A stretch of DNA of 64,000 bases, taken from the human T2T-CHM13v2.0 reference genome, Homo sapiens. The notes beneath the pieces are model-generated. The model saw nothing but the letters and a program-made list of their open reading frames with translations. It did no database searches and was not told where the DNA came from. Made by a program: the position numbers and the translations under genes. Each line of letters begins with the position of its first letter. Within the stretch, counting starts at the first letter, position 1. Where the stretch lies: the NCBI RefSeq assembly GCF_009914755.1, contig NC_060925.1; one strand, written 5' to 3'. Below, one piece after another: positions 57,427 through 64,000 of the stretch.

Positions 57427-57852
<426 letters not shown>

Positions 57853-58095
57853 TAGAATAAAAAAAGTAAGGATTTTTTACTTTTCTAGTTATCATTTATA
57901 TATGGTTGGCTTCTTTAAAATTTTTTATGATAAAATCATGAAATATCGACATTTCAAAATGACAGCCTCCATCTATAACTTTCATCCTCAAATCTAGAGT
58001 TTCAAATTACAACCATTTTATCATCTCATCTATGGTAAAGTCTGTACATAGTAGACCACAATGAACAACAAACACTAATATTTGCACACATTTAC

Positions 58096-58229
58096 CTGTC
58101 AAAGACAAAACGCATTAGCTGCAAGTTCAGAGTGCAAGGAAGGCTAAGAAGTCGAATCTTTCTTGTTGCATTCTGTTTGCTTTGACAGTTCTCGCAAAAA
58201 TAGCGATTGTCTCCTTCTAATTTTTCTTC
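58096..58229 (-). CDS. USP48: USP48 exon 7 (134 nt): [44 protein letters not shown](R)
   Basis: CAG acceptor; CAG|GTAAAT donor; second CxxC and the LPxxLxLQLxRF motif of USPs. Confidence 0.96.
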
Positions 58230-58573
58230 CTGATCAAGAATAAGACATATTAATTTTAAAAAGAAGATGGGTTTAAAACAAGTGATAAAACCCTTGATGT
58301 AAAGTATAATTTCATTTCAGTTAATAGCTCTCACTTAAGCTACTTAAAAACAGCTACTATAAATAATGGACACACAAAAGTAATGGGAACTGTTCAGCAG
58401 TGACATTATCAATTTGAATACACTGATATTTAAAACTGATGTGCCTATTTCCCAAATGTATGATATTAAAAATACTTGTTTTAGGTTCTTTGTCCTGGTA
58501 ATCCCACTTCTGGGAATTCTAAAGTAAGTTTTAAAAAGAAATGTCACATGTATTTTGATGCAACATTCATTTA

Positions 58574-58954
<381 letters not shown>

Positions 58955-59169
58955 TTAAAATTACTGAAACATATTCATGAGACAAAGCTAAAAAGAGACG
59001 TGTAGAAAAATCAAACATTTTAGCTGATAGTGGTTTCTTTTTAAAATTTGCCTTTATATTTCTATAAAGCTAATTGCAGCCAATCATAGCTAACCGAAGA
59101 CTCAAACTCCTGAGCTCAAGCTTTTGTACCATATTGTACTTACCATATTGTAAGTAATGCAATACTGGT

Positions 59170-60548
59170 ACCATCATCTCTTCACTTGGCTTCCAGGATA
59201 CCACACTCACTGACTTGCCTCCTAATTCACTGGCATTCCTCCAGGGACTCCTGTGCCAGCTGCTCCTACCTCCCTGATCCCTAACATTTGAATGTCCCAG
59301 GCCTCAGTCCTTGTCTCTCTCCCACTCCCTTGGGGATTTTATCCAGCCACGACTTCTTCCTGGAACTATACCTCTCAAACGTAACATGCTCAAAGCCAAA
59401 CTCCTAATTCCTCTCAACCCTGCTCCTCCCAGGTCCTCCCTATCTCAGTTAGAGCAACTCCATTCTTTCAGTTGATCAGGCCAAAAACCTTAGTAATCCT
59501 TGACTCCCCTCTTACTCTTACTCTCCACATCCAGTCTGCAAATTAAAAAAAAATTTTTTTTTCATTATTTTATTTTTACAGACAGGGTCTTGCTCTGTCA
59601 CCAAGGCTGGGGTGCAGTGGTCCAATCATAGCTAACTACAGCCTCAAACTCCTGAGCTCAGGCAATTCTCCAGCCTCAGCCTCCTGAGTAGCTGGGATTA
59701 TGGCTGTTCAACACCAAGCCTGGTTAATTTTTTTATTTTTTGCAAAGACGGTCTATCACTATGTTGCCTAGGCTGGTTTCAAACTACTGTTCTCAAATGA
59801 TCCTACTGTCTCAGTCTCATAAAGTGCTGGGATTATAGACATGAGCCACCACATCTGGCTCCGGCCTGCAAATTTTATCTGCTCTTAGAAAATATATCTA
59901 AAAGCCAAATGGTGCTTATCACCTCTTCAGTTACCCCGTGGTCCAAGACACCATGCACTCCCATCTGCCCTCAATCCATCTTCAGCCTATTCTCAGCACC
60001 CATAGTTATCCCTTAAAACAGACTGTACCACTCCTACGCATATGACCCTGATGCCATCTCAACCTCACACAGAGTAAAAGTCAAACTTCTGACAAAGGTT
60101 TACTAGGCCCTCTCTGATATGGCCCTTGTGTCACCTCCACGACTTTATCTTCTATCATTTACTCACTTCGGCCACACTAACCGCCCCCCACCCAGGCTGT
60201 TCCTCAATCCACCAGGCAAGACACATTCTCATTTTGGGCTCTGCACTTGCTGTTTCATCTACCCAGAACACTCTTCTCCTTGTTTCTAACGGGGCTCACC
60301 CCTTCACCTTCAATCATTTTATTTCAAACTCCACCGACTCCAGCCTACTCCCCAGCACATTGCCCAGCGCCACATTCCCTGCTTTCTTCTTCTCCACAGC
60401 CCTTATTGTAGTTGACCCACTATATATTCGCACTTTATTTTACTGTCCCTCCCTTGTGCCTACACCACTACTTTGTAGGCTCCATAAAGGCTAATCCCCA
60501 ACAGCTGAAACACTGCCTGACACAGTAAGCATTCAATAAATATTCATT
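59170..60548 (+). mobile_element. L2 fragment interrupted by an AluJ (59560-59860 -)
   Basis: L2 motifs (cttggcttccaggataccacactc; ctcaaacgtaacatgctcaaagccaaactcct; gcctgacacagtaagcattcaataaatatt). Confidence 0.8.
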
Positions 60549-60611
60549 GGCCAGGCGCGGTGGTTCACGTGTGTAATCCCAGCACTTTGGGAGGCCAAGG
60601 CAGGCGGATCA

Positions 60612-60857
<246 letters not shown>

Positions 60858-61464
60858 TCAGCGAAATGAATTCAATGACTACTTCAGGCATGCCCATGGA
60901 TGAGCTGAGGAAGTAAGAAAGCACAAAAAATATCTGAAGACAGCTAGCTAGCTAGCTAGATAATAAGCTTGTCTATTACACTATGTATACATTCATGCTT
61001 GACAACAAAGGGTTCCTCTTAGCAGTTTTCCACTCAGAACAGAAAGGAATCACTGAATTATCTCCACATGAATCTAAATATACAGAAAGCAGAATGACCA
61101 TATCAATGTAAAAAAGTTTCATATTTAGCACATTCTCGTTTTCATTAGACAACAAGGTAAAATACCTTTATGATAACTCAGCATAGAGTTCTTTCAATAC
61201 CCCACTACCCACAATCACAGAATAATATCTTCTCACACATACATAACTTTACATATAAAATAACTTGAAATAAGCAAAATTATTTTTAAGACACAGGCTG
61301 CTTTGGTACTTCATAAAGTGTCTTCTGGATCATTACAGATGCTTCTTATGTAGAAAAAGCTGACACAATAAAAGCTCTAGCCACTAAATCAAAACAGAAT
61401 AGCATTCAGAACAGCATTTAACTGTTAATGGGCAGGAACAATACATACACCAAAATTTGAATAC

Positions 61465-61573
61465 CTTCAAAAATTCCGAGATACAATCTGTTAACTGTTT
61501 GTGGCCTTGGATATTTAACTCCAGCTCATAAAATTTTGACAAAAGCTTAGACTCTCTGCCACACTGGTTGCAA
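61465..61573 (-). CDS. USP48: USP48 exon 6 (109 nt): [36 protein letters not shown]
   Basis: TAG acceptor; AAG|GTATTC donor; first CxxC of the USP fingers zinc site. Confidence 0.96.
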
Positions 61574-61758
61574 CTATAATAAAACAGAACGACAAAATTC
61601 AGATCAGAGTGTGAAAAGCAACAAAGTTATATTGTATTACATCCTAGAAAGATGGAAAAAAGCATTTATAACTTTCATTAGTTCTCCTTCACAGAAATTA
61701 TGTATACTAAAAATGAAATATAATCCCAGCATTTTGGGAGACCAAGGCGAGTGGATCA

Positions 61759-62202
<444 letters not shown>

Positions 62203-62484
62203 CTAGCCAGTTCCAATCTTACTCTTTAGCTCACACCACACAGCCATAAAGCAAGAGCAGACTGCAAGAGCTCACCCAGACACCGTTCCTAACACCTGGA
62301 TGGGTGCAACTGCAATTACCAACTCACTTGTTTATATGTTCCCATGGAAATGTATTACTATAAATATTTCAGGTCCCATGATAAACCACTAAAGCTACAA
62401 CCTGGAACTGCACTGAAAAATAGTTAACATATGAGCAACTGTCTTAGAATAAAATGTACCATGAAAAAGTTGAAACAGACTTAC

Positions 62485-62609
62485 ACAGTTACATAGGCAT
62501 ATTCTCCACAGAACTGCTGTTGAACAATATTGCGCACATCTGGATTCTTTTGTTTAGACAAAGTATCTTCCAATAGAGACATAAAGAGCTTTGAAAATTC
62601 TTGAGCATC
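62485..62609 (-). CDS. USP48: USP48 exon 5 (125 nt): [41 protein letters not shown](V)
   Basis: TAG acceptor; GTAAGT donor; completes the USP QDxxEF motif. Confidence 0.96.
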
Positions 62610-62949
62610 CTACAAGTTTAGGTTAATGAAAAGAAAAATCATATCTTGCTTTTCAACTTCTACTACAAATAGTAATACATTCAACATTCCAGAAACTACC
62701 TATACTTTCAACTTAGCATTTTCAAACAGGGGCTACAGCTATGTTCAATCAGTTTGTGCCCCCATATGAATTTCCATAAATGGAATCAAGTATAATGTGT
62801 AAACTATTGGACAGTAAATAAAGGTTTTCATTCAAAATAGAAAAAATTTAATTTTTAAAAAGCATTCTACTTCATCTCCCTTTATAAACATGCTTAGGAT
62901 GTTTGGGTACCTCTGAATATTTAAAAAAAAAAAAAAATTCAGTTCTTAC

Positions 62950-63077
62950 CTGCTGTTGTCCAGTGTCCAGGCCCAAGGCTTTAACAAATCCTGATGGATC
63001 AATGTATCGCCTATTACTGTTTTGCAACAAGGCAAACAAGTACTGGAGATGCTCACAAATTGTTTGAGGCTCATAAT
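62950..63077 (-). CDS. USP48: USP48 exon 4 (128 nt): (D)[42 protein letters not shown]
   Basis: TAG acceptor 63080-63078; CAG|GTAAGA donor; USP catalytic-domain sequence. Confidence 0.96.
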
Positions 63078-63583
63078 CTATTAAAACAAAAATATAGATT
63101 TGGGGTTTTTTAAGGTGCTACTTTTCTTTCCAAAAAATGGTACTTCCTCTTCACATGAGAACATAAACATCTCTACATCCAAACTAGATTAATACTTTAT
63201 TATCATTTTAAAACTTTAAAAGAAATAGGCTGAGCACGGTGGCTCATGCCTGTAACCCCAGCACTTTGGGAGGCCAAAGCAGGCAGATCACTTGAGATCA
63301 GAAGCTTGAGACAAGCCTGGCCAATATGGAGAAACCCCGTCTCCACTAAAAAAAATACAAATATTAGCCGGGTGTGGTGGTGCACACGTGTAATCCCAGC
63401 TACTTGGGAGGCTGAGACACGAGCATCTATTGAGCGCGGGAGGAAGAGGCTGCAGTGAGGTGAGATCGCCAACAAAGTGAGACTCTCAAAAACAAAAAAC
63501 AAGGCTGGGCACGGTGGCTCACACTCGTAATCCCCGCACTTTGGGAGGCAGAGGCGGGCGAATAATCTGAGGTCAGGAGTTCA

Positions 63584-63853
<270 letters not shown>

Positions 63854-64000
63854 TCACGCCTGTAATCCCAGCACTTTGGGAGGCCATGGCTGGCGGATCA
63901 CAAGGTCGGGAGTTCCAGACCAGCCTGGCCAACATGGCGAAACCCCGTCTCTATTAAAAATACAAAAATTAGTGGGGCATGGTAGTACACGCCTGTAATC

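Overview
Human (primate) genomic DNA, very Alu-rich, lying entirely inside the deubiquitinase gene USP48 on the minus strand. I reconstructed 21 consecutive GT-AG coding exons by hand (inferred exons 4-24, about aa 138-980 of the 1035-aa protein). They join into one uninterrupted frame covering most of the USP catalytic domain (QDxxEF motif, two zinc-finger CxxC pairs, His box, Met415), three DUSP repeats, an acidic linker and the start of the UBL domain. Exon and residue numbering rests on my recall of the reference protein. Introns hold dozens of Alus plus L1, L2, MIR and DNA-transposon remnants. Most ORFs in the supplied track are Alu-derived or chance. The most notable non-coding signals are: (1) a perfect 44-bp unique-sequence hairpin at 9928-10022; (2) a ~90% identical ~100-bp non-Alu inverted repeat pair (44642-44749 / 47076-47181) that brackets the catalytic His-box exon and overlaps a candidate poison exon; (3) a candidate 27-nt poison microexon at 2108-2134; (4) exons that begin with 5' splice-site motifs (possible recursive splicing); (5) read-through of the weak exon 11 donor into an intronic stop, giving a catalytic-domain-only 485-aa isoform. 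Together these suggest, but do not show, RNA-structure and splicing control of USP48 dosage.
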